Shown here piece after piece: positions 9,586 to 19,300 of a stretch of 64,000 bases of DNA (position 1 is its first letter; every line of letters starts with the position of its first letter). The DNA lies in NCBI GenBank assembly GCA_938010045.1, contig CALLFZ010000004.1, positions 28,107-92,106 of the forward strand, in the 5' to 3' direction. The notes beneath the pieces were generated by a model. That model saw only the letters and a program-made list of their open reading frames with translations, did no database searches and was not told where the DNA came from. Position numbers and translations under genes: made by a program. This stretch comes from an uncultured bacterium. GTDB lineage: Bacteria > Verrucomicrobiota > Kiritimatiellia > PWTM01.

Positions 9586-11259
9586 CTAAAAGACGTCGGA
9601 CCGGTGTTTGCGGCGCAGATGATTGCGTATCGCGATCGCCAACAGGTTCAGCAGCACGATGATCGTGACCAGTAGCAAGGCGGTCGTGAACACCATTGGC
9701 TTGGCGGCCTCGCTGTTCTGGCTCTGAAAGCCAAGGTCGTAGATATGGAAGCCGAGGTGCATGAAGCTGCGTTCAGGATGGATGAACGGCGGCACGCGGT
9801 CCACAGGTAGCTCTGGGGCGAGTTTCACCGCGCCGACGAGCATCAGCGGAGCGACCTCGCCGGCGCCGCGCGCCATCGCAAGGATCATGCCCGTGAGGAT
9901 GCCCGGCAGCGCGCGGGGCAGCACAATGCGGCGCAGCGTCTGCCACTTGCCCGCGCCGCACGCGAACGACCCCTCTCGCATCGAGTTCGGTACCGCGGCC
10001 AAGGCCTCCTCGGTCGCGACGATCACCACGGGCAGCGTCATCACCGCCAGCGTCAGCGACGCCCAAAGGATGCCGCCCTTGCCGAAGGTCGGATTCGGGA
10101 GGCGTGCGGCGAACAGTAGCTCGTCGATCGTGGCACCGACCATATAGCAGAAGAAGCCGAGCCCAAACACGCCGAAGACGATGCTCGGCACACCGGCGAG
10201 GTTGTTGATCGAGACGCGGACCACGCTGACCCACGGGCCGGGCTTCGCGTATTCGCGCAGGTAGAGCGCCGCCATCACGCCGATCGGCACAACGGCCAAC
10301 GACATCAGCAACGTCATCACGACCGTGCCAAACATCGCCGGAAACACGCCACCCTCGCTGTTCGCCTCTCGAGGCACATCGGAGATGAACTCCCACCAGC
10401 GCGACCCGTACACGGCCCATCGCTCGGCCCGGGAGAGCGCGTTCGCGGGCACCATGCGGACGATGTCGGCGAGCATCAGGCGCGCTTCGCGGCCGTCCGC
10501 GGTAACGACGTCGAGGTGGAACTGCGCGTTGTGCGCGTTGAGCGACTCGATCTCCGCGCGCAACCGCGCAAACTCCTCCGCCGTCCGCTGTTCCACCTGC
10601 TCCGCCTCGCGGCGGGCGATCGCGTACCGTTCGGAGTCGCGGCCGGCGACCAGCTCGGCGGTGCGGGCGCGTAGCCGCGCGGCCTCAAGCCGCCGGTTCA
10701 CCTCGCCGATCTCCACGGTTTCGATCCGCTCGCGGCGCCGCCGTCGTGCCACGACCTCGGGGTGGATGGAGGGCCACGCGGCGCGGATCTCCGCGGCGTT
10801 CGTCGCGATGATGCGGCCGCCCGCGACCAGCGCGCGCGGAAGACCGTAAAACCGGCCCCAGGCCACCCGTTCCAACACCATCGCCTCCGGTGGGCAGTCC
10901 TCGGCGGCGACCTCGTGGTCCGCAACCCACGCGAAGTGCTCATGGGTCAGTTCGAAGTTGCCGATGCGCACGAGCCGCCGCCGCACCAGCCGACCGTCGG
11001 GCCCGCGCGCGGTTTCGCGCCGAGCGATCTCCCCCATCAGAACCCGGCCGTCCTGGCAGCGGATCCGGACGACGGGGCGCGGCCACAACGTGGAAAGGCC
11101 ACCGACCATGAGCAGCGCGATGAGGCCCACGATCATGCCGAGCGCCAGCAACAGTGCGCCGCCCGTCAGCCACAGCGCCGGCTCGCCTCGGGCGCGCAGC
11201 GCCTCGACGGCCGAACGGCGGGTGCGGAGGCGATCGCGGCGAGGAACTCCGTGGCTCAC
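9586..11259 (-). CDS. pstA: Phosphate ABC transporter permease PstA, long form
   Basis: [15 protein letters not shown] and EAA loop (EALAAVP...REGSFACGA); large inserted domain after the first TM helix. Confidence 0.95.
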   Translation of the reverse strand: MSHGVPRRDRLRTRRSAVEALRARGEPALWLTGGALLLALGMIVGLIALLMVGGLSTLWPRPVVRIRCQDGRVLMGEIARRETARGPDGRLVRRRLVRIGNFELTHEHFAWVADHEVAAEDCPPEAMVLERVAWGRFYGLPRALVAGGRIIATNAAEIRAAWPSIHPEVVARRRRRERIETVEIGEVNRRLEAARLRARTAELVAGRDSERYAIARREAEQVEQRTAEEFARLRAEIESLNAHNAQFHLDVVTADGREARLMLADIVRMVPANALSRAERWAVYGSRWWEFISDVPREANSEGGVFPAMFGTVVMTLLMSLAVVPIGVMAALYLREYAKPGPWVSVVRVSINNLAGVPSIVFGVFGLGFFCYMVGATIDELLFAARLPNPTFGKGGILWASLTLAVMTLPVVIVATEEALAAVPNSMREGSFACGAGKWQTLRRIVLPRALPGILTGMILAMARGAGEVAPLMLVGAVKLAPELPVDRVPPFIHPERSFMHLGFHIYDLGFQSQNSEAAKPMVFTTALLLVTIIVLLNLLAIAIRNHLRRKHRSDVF

Positions 11260-13889
11260 AGCTCGCGCAGCCTCCGACGCACCCGCAGCCGGACAGCCTC
11301 CGCGGCGGTGTTCACGATAAAGGTCATCACGAACAGAACCAACGAGGCCAGAAACAGCGTTCGGTAGTGGGTGCTGTTCCGCACCGCCTCGGGCAACTCG
11401 ACCGCGATGTTGGCGGACAGGGTTCGAAATCCGTTGAAGATGTTCCAGCTCATGATCGGCGTATTGCCGGCCGCCATGAGGACGATCATCGTCTCGCCCA
11501 CCGCCCGGCCGAGCCCCACCATCACGGCCGAGAAAATTCCGCCGGCGGCGGCCGGCACGACGATCCGGACCGCCGTCTGCCAGTTCGTTCCGCCTGCCGC
11601 CAGCGAGGCGGAGCGCAGGTGTTCCGGAACGGCGGTCAACGCGTCGTCCGCGATCGTATAGATGATTGGGATGATCGCGAAGCCCATCACCACGCCGACC
11701 ACCAGCGCGTTGCGTTGCACATATGTTCCAACAAGGCCGCCCCGCGGGTCCGCTCCCGCAAAGCTCAACAGCGCCGCTCCGCCCGCTGCCAGCCCCGCCG
11801 CCGCCGCCAGCACCGCCGCGAACTTGAGCAGTTCAAGGACGGCGACGACCGTTTCGGATGCGGCACGCGGGGTGCGCACACACCGGTCCCAGCAGGGCAC
11901 AGCCACGACCGCCGCGATCGCCAGCGCGGCGGGCAGCAGAATGAGCCACCATCCGCCCCATGGGCCGCCGATCTGACCATCGAGCCAGCGCATCACGTCG
12001 CCCGCAAACAACCAGCGCTCGGCCGCACGGCCCACCGGTGCCGCGGCGGTGAAGCCGGCGAACGCCGCAACGGCCATCGCGAACGGACGGACACGAGCGC
12101 CAGCAAGACGAATGCCGCCGGGCAACAGCGACCAGACGTGGCCCCCGAGGATCAACGCCAGCGGCACGGTCCCGAACGATGCCATGACGACGGGGAGATG
12201 GCTCGCCACCCACGGCGCGATCACCAGCGCCGCCAAAAACCCGAGCACAACGCTGGGCAGAGCCGCCATCAGTTCGATCGTCGGCTTCACGAAGGCCTTC
12301 CATCGCGGCCGCATGAACTCGCTCGTATAGAGCGCCGCGAGCAAGGCGAGCGGGACCGCGAGCACCATGGCCACCAGCGTGGCTTTTACGGTTCCGAACA
12401 CCAGCGGCATCAACCCAAACTTCGGCTCGAAGTCGTCCGTGCCGGAGGACGACTGCCACACGTGGGCGGGATGCGGCGCCCCTTCGTACCAGACAGGGCC
12501 GAAGAGAGCCTTCAACGACACCTCGGGATGCCCGGGCCGCATGGCCACAGTCCAGGCCCGTTCGCCCGCGGCAACCACCAGCGCATCCTCTTTCGGACTG
12601 AACGCGAGGACGCGGATTGGTTCCTCCACTGGGACGCGCAACTCGCCCAGCTGTTTGGCGCTCGTGGCATGCCAGACCGCGACGCGTCCGTCCGCGCAGC
12701 CTGCCGCAAAGATGCGGGAGCGATGTGAAATGGCGAGCGCGGTCACCGGCGACCGAGAGGCGACTTCAAACCGCCGCGGATTCACAATCCGCCGGGCCCC
12801 GGCGGCGTCGTCCTCGACCGGCACCACAAACCAGAGCGAGATGCGCCCCGCCGAATCCCCCACCAGCAACGTCGAACGACCCAGCAGCAGGCGGGCCACC
12901 GTCACCCGACACCCGGGCTCGGGAAGCACATCGAGGTCTTCCGCGAGCTGCGCGTGCTCCGCGGTGCGCACGTCGTAGCGGTGCAGCACGCCGTCCGGCC
13001 AGAGCATCAGCAGCGTGTCGCCGAGCCCCGACAAGCCCACATACTCCGGCAGGCCGGCCTCCGGACGGCGTTCCCAGGCAATCGGCACGACCGTGCGGAA
13101 GAGGGTGGTCTGGCCCGTGAGCATGTTGCGGCGCTGCCGAACCCGGACCGCCTCGAGGGTACCATCGTCATGCAAGAGAACTTGCACAAATCCATCCGGG
13201 CCGCTCACAAAATCCAGACGGCGCACTGGCGACGTCGCCGCTGGCGGCGCCAGATCGGCCACGTCCACGGTGAAGGAGATCCGCACCGCGCGCTCCGTCT
13301 CGACCCGGCGCCAGACGGCCGTGCCATCCCACCATTCCGCGCCCACGGCCAGCGAGCCGACCGGCTCCGGGGCGGAACCGATCGGATGCCAGTCCGTCCG
13401 GCTGGCGGCCCGAAGAGTGGCCACCGCGCCGTCCGAGAACCCCGCCATCGCAAGGCCGGCCAAGGGGTCCCATTGAAGCACCGTCACCGGCCGCCCCTCC
13501 AGTGGCGCGAGGCGCACCGGCATTCCCGGCGTCTGAAGGGGGGCGACGGACCAGACCGCCTGCGTGTCCGCCCAGAGGGCCAGAGCTCGGGACTCATCGG
13601 TGGCCAGGGTGGCCACCTCCGCGCCGTGGGGCCAAGTCGCCAACGGCTCGAGGCTCCCCCAGGTGGCCGGTCGAAACAGGGGCGCCGCCACCGCGAGCAG
13701 GAATACAAACACTCCCATCACCGAGACGACCGTCGCGAGGCCACCGACCGTGATCACCCAGCGGGCGATCGCATCGGCGATTCGGACCCGCCTCGTCGTG
13801 GTTCTCGATGCCCGCACGCGCGGAAACCTGTTCGATACAACAAACCGGTGTGCGCGACGCCGCCCCAGCGTCGCGCACGTCACCGCCAC
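11256..13889 (-). CDS. pstC: Phosphate ABC transporter permease PstC with beta-propeller-like domain
   Basis: KPTIELMAALPSVVLG, DALTAVP..LRSASLAAGG, GRAVGETM; WD40-like N-terminal region. Confidence 0.92.
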   Translation of the reverse strand: MAVTCATLGRRRAHRFVVSNRFPRVRASRTTTRRVRIADAIARWVITVGGLATVVSVMGVFVFLLAVAAPLFRPATWGSLEPLATWPHGAEVATLATDESRALALWADTQAVWSVAPLQTPGMPVRLAPLEGRPVTVLQWDPLAGLAMAGFSDGAVATLRAASRTDWHPIGSAPEPVGSLAVGAEWWDGTAVWRRVETERAVRISFTVDVADLAPPAATSPVRRLDFVSGPDGFVQVLLHDDGTLEAVRVRQRRNMLTGQTTLFRTVVPIAWERRPEAGLPEYVGLSGLGDTLLMLWPDGVLHRYDVRTAEHAQLAEDLDVLPEPGCRVTVARLLLGRSTLLVGDSAGRISLWFVVPVEDDAAGARRIVNPRRFEVASRSPVTALAISHRSRIFAAGCADGRVAVWHATSAKQLGELRVPVEEPIRVLAFSPKEDALVVAAGERAWTVAMRPGHPEVSLKALFGPVWYEGAPHPAHVWQSSSGTDDFEPKFGLMPLVFGTVKATLVAMVLAVPLALLAALYTSEFMRPRWKAFVKPTIELMAALPSVVLGFLAALVIAPWVASHLPVVMASFGTVPLALILGGHVWSLLPGGIRLAGARVRPFAMAVAAFAGFTAAAPVGRAAERWLFAGDVMRWLDGQIGGPWGGWWLILLPAALAIAAVVAVPCWDRCVRTPRAASETVVAVLELLKFAAVLAAAAGLAAGGAALLSFAGADPRGGLVGTYVQRNALVVGVVMGFAIIPIIYTIADDALTAVPEHLRSASLAAGGTNWQTAVRIVVPAAAGGIFSAVMVGLGRAVGETMIVLMAAGNTPIMSWNIFNGFRTLSANIAVELPEAVRNSTHYRTLFLASLVLFVMTFIVNTAAEAVRLRVRRRLREL

Positions 13890-13897
13890 CGGTCAGC

Positions 13898-14893
13898 CTA
13901 GAAACCCGGCTCCAGTCCGACCGAGTTCAGGGCCTGGCGAGCCATCTCGCTGGTGACCGGGAAGTAGCCGTCCTTGATCACCTGCTCCTGTCCGTCGCGG
14001 CTGAATACGTAGCGGATGAACTCGCGCCGCAGCGGATCCAGCGCCTCGCCCGGCTTCACGTTCACATAGATATACAGCATGCGCGCCAGCGGGTAGTCGC
14101 CGGTGTAGGCATGCGAGGGATCAGCGGGAACCAACGGTTCGCCGTCGCGTTCGCTCAACGACACTGCGCGCACGTCGGCGGTCTTGTAGCCGATTCCGCT
14201 GTAGCCGATGCCGCCCCGATCGCTCGCCACCCCCTGCACCACCGCGGAGGAGCCGGGTTGTTCCTTCACCGAGTCCTTGTAGTCGCCCTTCGCCAGCGCG
14301 TGCTCCTTGAAGTAGCCGTACGTGCCCGACGCGGCATTACGGCCATACAGGCTGATCGGCAGATTGGCCCATTCACCCCCGAGCCCCAACTGGCCCCAAT
14401 TGGTGATGTCCTGCGGAGCACCGCGCTTGCGCGTCTTGGAGAAGATCGCGTCGACCTGAGCCAGCGACAGTCCCTGGATCGGATTGTCGCGGTGGACGTA
14501 CACGGCCAGCATGTCGAGGGCCACCGGAAGGGCGGTGGGTTTGTAGCCGAACTTGGCCTCGAACTCGTCGATTTCGGCCTGCTTCATCTCACGGCTCATC
14601 GGACCGAACGTCGCGGTGCCCGCTATCAGCGCCGGCGGGGCCGTGGAAGAGCCTTTCCCCTCGATCTCGATCTGGACGTTCGGATAATGCCGCTTGAAGC
14701 CCTCCGCCCAGAGCGTCATCAGGTTGTTCAGCGTATCCGAGCCCACGCTCTTGATCGTCCCCGAGACTCCCTGGACTGCCCGGTAGGCCGGAAGGGCCTC
14801 ATCCACCTTCACCTGGCCGCGCGCGGCCATCACGGCAGCGGTCAGAACGACCGCGAGTCTCAGCGTTCGCCCACTACAGTTCGTCGTGTTCAT
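13898..14893 (-). CDS. pstS: Phosphate-binding periplasmic protein
   Basis: GSDTL, GKGSSTA, MSR, GRNAASGT, YPLAR; ATG at 14893 with GGGGAGA RBS and a signal peptide. Confidence 0.95.
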   Translation of the reverse strand: MNTTNCSGRTLRLAVVLTAAVMAARGQVKVDEALPAYRAVQGVSGTIKSVGSDTLNNLMTLWAEGFKRHYPNVQIEIEGKGSSTAPPALIAGTATFGPMSREMKQAEIDEFEAKFGYKPTALPVALDMLAVYVHRDNPIQGLSLAQVDAIFSKTRKRGAPQDITNWGQLGLGGEWANLPISLYGRNAASGTYGYFKEHALAKGDYKDSVKEQPGSSAVVQGVASDRGGIGYSGIGYKTADVRAVSLSERDGEPLVPADPSHAYTGDYPLARMLYIYVNVKPGEALDPLRREFIRYVFSRDGQEQVIKDGYFPVTSEMARQALNSVGLEPGF

Positions 14894-14986
14894 CCGTGTC
14901 TCTCCCCGCCGCCGGTGGTCGCGGAGTTCGCGTCCTGCTCCAACACCGCGCGGCCCTCTCAGTATCTCGAAGCCGTATCCCCAGAT

Positions 14987-15014
14987 TGTTCCAACACGGT
15001 TAGGATTTTGTAAG
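14987..15014 (-). promoter_or_regulatory. Candidate Pho box upstream of pstS
   Basis: On the minus strand CTTACA-N5-CTAACC-N5-GGAACA: three half-sites at exact 11-bp spacing in an AT-richer patch about 95-120 bp upstream of pstS. Confidence 0.45.
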
Positions 15015-15403
15015 GACCAAATCTTGGGCGCGCGGTGGATCCGTGTGGACACCGGTGTTCGCGGCATTCCTAGGCGCGCCAAAACGGCGAAGGACCTGGT
15101 TCTTCGTGTTCGTTCCGTCATGTCCCGATGGCCCATACGCCGCGCCAGCGGGTGACCGTCCCGCGCCGCCTCACCCGCGCAATGAGCCGCCGCTCGATGG
15201 TACGCACCCTGGGGGCCTCTCGCCGATTCACGAGCGCGGGTCCGATCCCTACGGCGCTCACGAGGCAGCGCCGTGCGTCGTCCGGCGGCGAACGAGAGAG
15301 AGGACAGCATCGAGAAGATGACTCGTCCGCGAGCGTTGGCGAGGATCGGTACCTGCCAGCGTTCTCTCATGGCGGCGTCCTGGGTAGCGTCTTGAGCTCA
15401 GAA

Positions 15404-15433
15404 CGAAACGGCGCCCCCGCGAGCGCCGTTTCG
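15404..15433 (-). terminator. Hairpin, probable terminator of the 24067-15454 unit
   Basis: Perfect 11-bp stem CGAAACGGCGC/GCGCCGTTTCG with an 8-nt loop, 20 bp after the lipoprotein stop; weak U-tract. Confidence 0.5.
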
Positions 15434-15453
15434 AACCACCTGGCTCGAGTTGG

Positions 15454-16308
15454 TTACTGAGCGACCCCGACGATGTCGCCCGTGCGGCCCGTGGACTCGA
15501 TCCAGGTGCCCTGCAGGCGGCGGTTGTTGAGGTAAATCTGAATCGTGCTGGTCGGCCCGCCACCGCCGCCACTCGTGCCCGCCACCGTCCCGGACAGCGT
15601 GCCGACGATCTTGACGCCGACGCCGGCCCGGGACCGCCCTTCAGCTTGGAACGAGGCAATGACGGTGTCACCCACAGCCGGTTGCAGCGGTGTCACGGAG
15701 GCCTCGTCGCTCGATACGCCGCCCGTTGTCCGGATGCTCGAAATTTGGCCCGAATACGTCGCCCCGCTGCTGTCCACGATCGTCAGCGAATTGCCCGACT
15801 GCGTAATCGAGAAGGTGTAGACGCCACCGCCCGAGCTGCCGGGATCCGCATCATCCGTGTACTGGTAGGAGGCGAGGATCGGCGTTCCCGCGGGCGGCCA
15901 AGCGCCGATCAGATCGATGCTCCACGCTCCGGTCTGGTACACGATCGAGCCGGTTTTCCCGCTGCCGGAGAGCACGCCGGCGCCGTTGTCGGTCAGCACG
16001 TACACCCCCGCCACGATCTGGAACGTGCCAGGCAATACACGCCGCCGGGAGGTGACACCGGCGTAGGTGCTCTGCCCCGCCACCGCGGTAGCCACACGCT
16101 CGCCGGTGATGGTGTTGGTCGTTGCACCACCGCCCGAACCGAATTCACCCACCAGGAACGTCCCGCTAACAGCACGATACACGCCGCTGAAATTGACCCA
16201 GTTGTAGCGGTTCGACACCGTTTGCGCGCCGCTGCCGGCCTCCCAGTCACAGCCCACCAGCACCACGGCGGCCCCCGCCACCGCGCACCCCCACCATCGT
16301 CGCTTCAT
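15454..16308 (-). CDS. Hypothetical lipoprotein, beta-rich
   Basis: MKRRWW...VVLVGC lipobox; AGGAGA RBS; G/S/T-rich. Confidence 0.8.
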   Translation of the reverse strand: MKRRWWGCAVAGAAVVLVGCDWEAGSGAQTVSNRYNWVNFSGVYRAVSGTFLVGEFGSGGGATTNTITGERVATAVAGQSTYAGVTSRRRVLPGTFQIVAGVYVLTDNGAGVLSGSGKTGSIVYQTGAWSIDLIGAWPPAGTPILASYQYTDDADPGSSGGGVYTFSITQSGNSLTIVDSSGATYSGQISSIRTTGGVSSDEASVTPLQPAVGDTVIASFQAEGRSRAGVGVKIVGTLSGTVAGTSGGGGGPTSTIQIYLNNRRLQGTWIESTGRTGDIVGVAQ

Positions 16309-16362
16309 GGTTGTCTCCTATGTGGCCACTCGGTAACGCTCGATGATTCCCGGCCGCGGCGA

Positions 16363-19300
16363 TCAATCCTTCAGCCGCCAGCGCAGCCGATAATAGCGGA
16401 CGCGGGCCGCGGTGTCATCGCCAGTCGCGGTTACGGCCCTTTCCTCAGATGGGTTGGTGGTCGGCGCCATGCCGGTCGCATTACCCGCCATGGGCGTCCA
16501 CGGTCCACTCAGAGTTGGGGCCGATTCCACCCACACCTCAATGTGCTCTGTCAGCTGCGAGATCCCGCGAGCCAGACGCAGGCGGGCCTCGATCGCAGAG
16601 CCGATACGGCGCAGGCCAGAAATTTCGAGCAATTGCTCGCACCCCGGCTTGGAGGCTGGATCGTTCGGGTTGGTCCCCGCGGCGATCTCGAGGATGTCCG
16701 GGAATCCATCGCCGTCCGTGTCCACCTTGAGGGGGCTCGCGCCACGAGCCAACTCAAGGCCGTCCGGCACACCGTCGCCATCGGAGTCGCGCACCAGCGG
16801 CGAACTGCCAACCGTCAACTCCACCCCGTCGGGGACGCCGTCGCCATCGGTGTCGATGACACGCGGATTGGTGCCGTGCAGCAACACCTCGACGCCGTCC
16901 GGGATGCCGTCGCCATCGGTGTCGGCCAGGGTTGGGTTGCTGTCAACGGCGGACTCGAGGTACTCCTCGAGATCGTTCAGGCCGTCGCCGTCGGTGTCGG
17001 TCCAGCCGCGCACCGCGCCACGCCCCATCGTCGCGAGGCCGCCGGTCAAGAAGAACTCGTACGCGTCCGGCAGGTGGTCGTTGTCGGTGTCGCGGTCGTG
17101 CAGGACGAGCACCTGGCCGCTCGCGCTGGGCGGCGTCGCCACATCGGCCGCGCGATAGGCGGAAACGGGCGCCGCGATCCAGCCGCGCGACTCCCACGCA
17201 TCGAGCCGGCCGTTGTTGTTCTGGTCCATATACGCTCGGACGTAATAGGTGCCGGCGTTCAGGCCCCGCAGCCGGAACTGCACTCGGCCGGCAACCCCTT
17301 CGTTCGTCACGCTGACTTTCTGAACCACCGCGCGCGCCCATGGCATGCCGTGGAAATCGCGGGAGCCGAAGGCCTCCACAATGATCCGCGGGTTCAACAC
17401 CTTGCCCTGGTAGAAGACCTCGCCCGCGATGTCATACGGTCCGGTCGGACCCGCCGCGAGGTTCACCTGCAGGGTGCGAGCCGGAGACCATGCGCCCGCG
17501 CCGAGCGCGTTCCAGCCGCGCACTTGCCACGTGTAGACGCCGTCCTCGTAGATCGGCACGCGGACCCGCTGCACGCCGTCGTTGTCCGGAACCGGCGCAA
17601 GATCAATGCGGCTGAACACCGGGGTGCCGCCGGCGTTGACGACCACCAGCTCGTAGCGCACCGAGTTGGTGTCCATCACGAAGGCGAGCCAATCCACCGC
17701 CGTTCGTCGCACCGCATCGTTCGCAGTGATCGGCGTTGGCGCCGCCGGCAATCTGCTCGCCACGCTGACACTAAACTCGCCCTGCGCGATCGGCGCCACC
17801 TTGAAGGGGTCGTCGGGCGCACGGTAGACGTAGTAGCGCCAGCTGGTGGAATACGGCAGACCATTCGCGTACCCCGCCGCGATGTAATCGCCCTCGTGGA
17901 CGAACGTGCGACCCCGGATGAACCGGTCGATGATCGCCGCCCCGCCCGCGTTGGCGATCCGAACGCGATAGTCGTTCGTCGTCCCTTGCGCCGGCCACGA
18001 GAAGCGGTGGAATCCCGGCCGCGTCACGGACAGGCCGAACGTGAACTCGTTGAACGCCCACGTGCCGCCGACCGGCAGCCCCTCGGCCAACCCGAAGGGC
18101 TCCCCTGGATCCCAAGTCTCGTTGTTGTTGAAGTCACGGAAAGCGTACGCCCAGTTCGCGCCGCCCTTCATATGGCCCGCCGAGTAGCCTTGCGATTGCA
18201 ACGTGAACGGATTGGCCTGCGGCACGTTGCCGGCGGCCACAATCACGACGGCGTCCGGCGCACCCTCCATCGAATTGGTCGTGTACGTGGCCATGACAAA
18301 CTGGCCGGCCGCGTTCGTGGCTGTCGTCGATTTCACGATGCTGCGGATGATTGGAGTGGGCCAGGAGAGACCCGACACCGGGCTCGGCGCATTCGAATAG
18401 GTGCCGTCCGCGAGCACCGAGGCCAGAAACTCCTCCTCGTTGACCCAGCCGTCCATGTCGCCGTCGAGGTGTGAATCGCTCACGAGCGGGTCCATGACGG
18501 CGCGGTACCGGTTCTCCCACGCGTCGGGTACGCCGTCCATGTCGGAATCGACGCCCAGCGACGGGAAGAACAGGAAGCGGTTCGTGAACCACGCCACGTT
18601 GCCGAACAGCGAGGCGCCGTGCGCCCAGTCGTTCGTCCACTCTCGCGGGTAGACGAAATCTTCGACATGCCCTTTTCGCGGCATGGTGTCATCGGCGGTG
18701 CCCCATAGTCCGTCGAGGCCGGGCGTCGCGGACGTGAAGTCGTCGAATTTGTGATAGCAGGCGAGCGAGGCCTCCTGCCCGCTGCAACCGATCAGCGTTG
18801 GCGGCCGCGCGCTGTTCCAGATCCGGACTTCGTCGATCAGCCCGTTGAAGCTCTCGCCGACCCGTTGCACGAGACCGGCGGCGTTGGTCAAGCCTGAGGC
18901 CGTCGAGTTGAACGCCGTACCGACCGACTCGCCATTGACCCACAGGCGGACCAGGCGGCTGGCGTGTTCGTACGAGGCCGCCAGATGCGTCCAGTTCGTC
19001 ACGAACAGCGGGTTGGGCCCCACCGGCTCCATCGGAACCGGCGCGGGGTTGGTCACCGCGATCGTGCCCATGCCGGTGTTGTAGGCCACGTAGGGCAAGC
19101 CGGCTGGCGTCAAACCGAGGATGAACGACTGCGCCAGACCGGTGTTCCAATAGCGCCCGTACACCCGACCGCCCGCGCCGAGCATCGCGGCCGAGGGACT
19201 GATCCATGCCTCGACCGTGATGTCGCCGGTTTGGAACCGCCGCTCGGGATCCTCCCGGTCAATCTCCATCCAGGACAACGGCGTACCGAAGAATCTCAGC

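Noticed and set aside
14894-15370. N-terminal 159-aa extension of PstS in the ORF track
   Set aside because: Arg-rich and not protein-like. A good RBS, signal peptide and candidate Pho box support the start at 14893.
15646-18474. 942-aa plus-strand ORF (and similar long ORFs at 41894-44782, 53886-56750, 33116-34927 and 11154-12728)
   Set aside because: These are antisense shadows of well-supported genes, expected at high GC, with no recognisable motifs.
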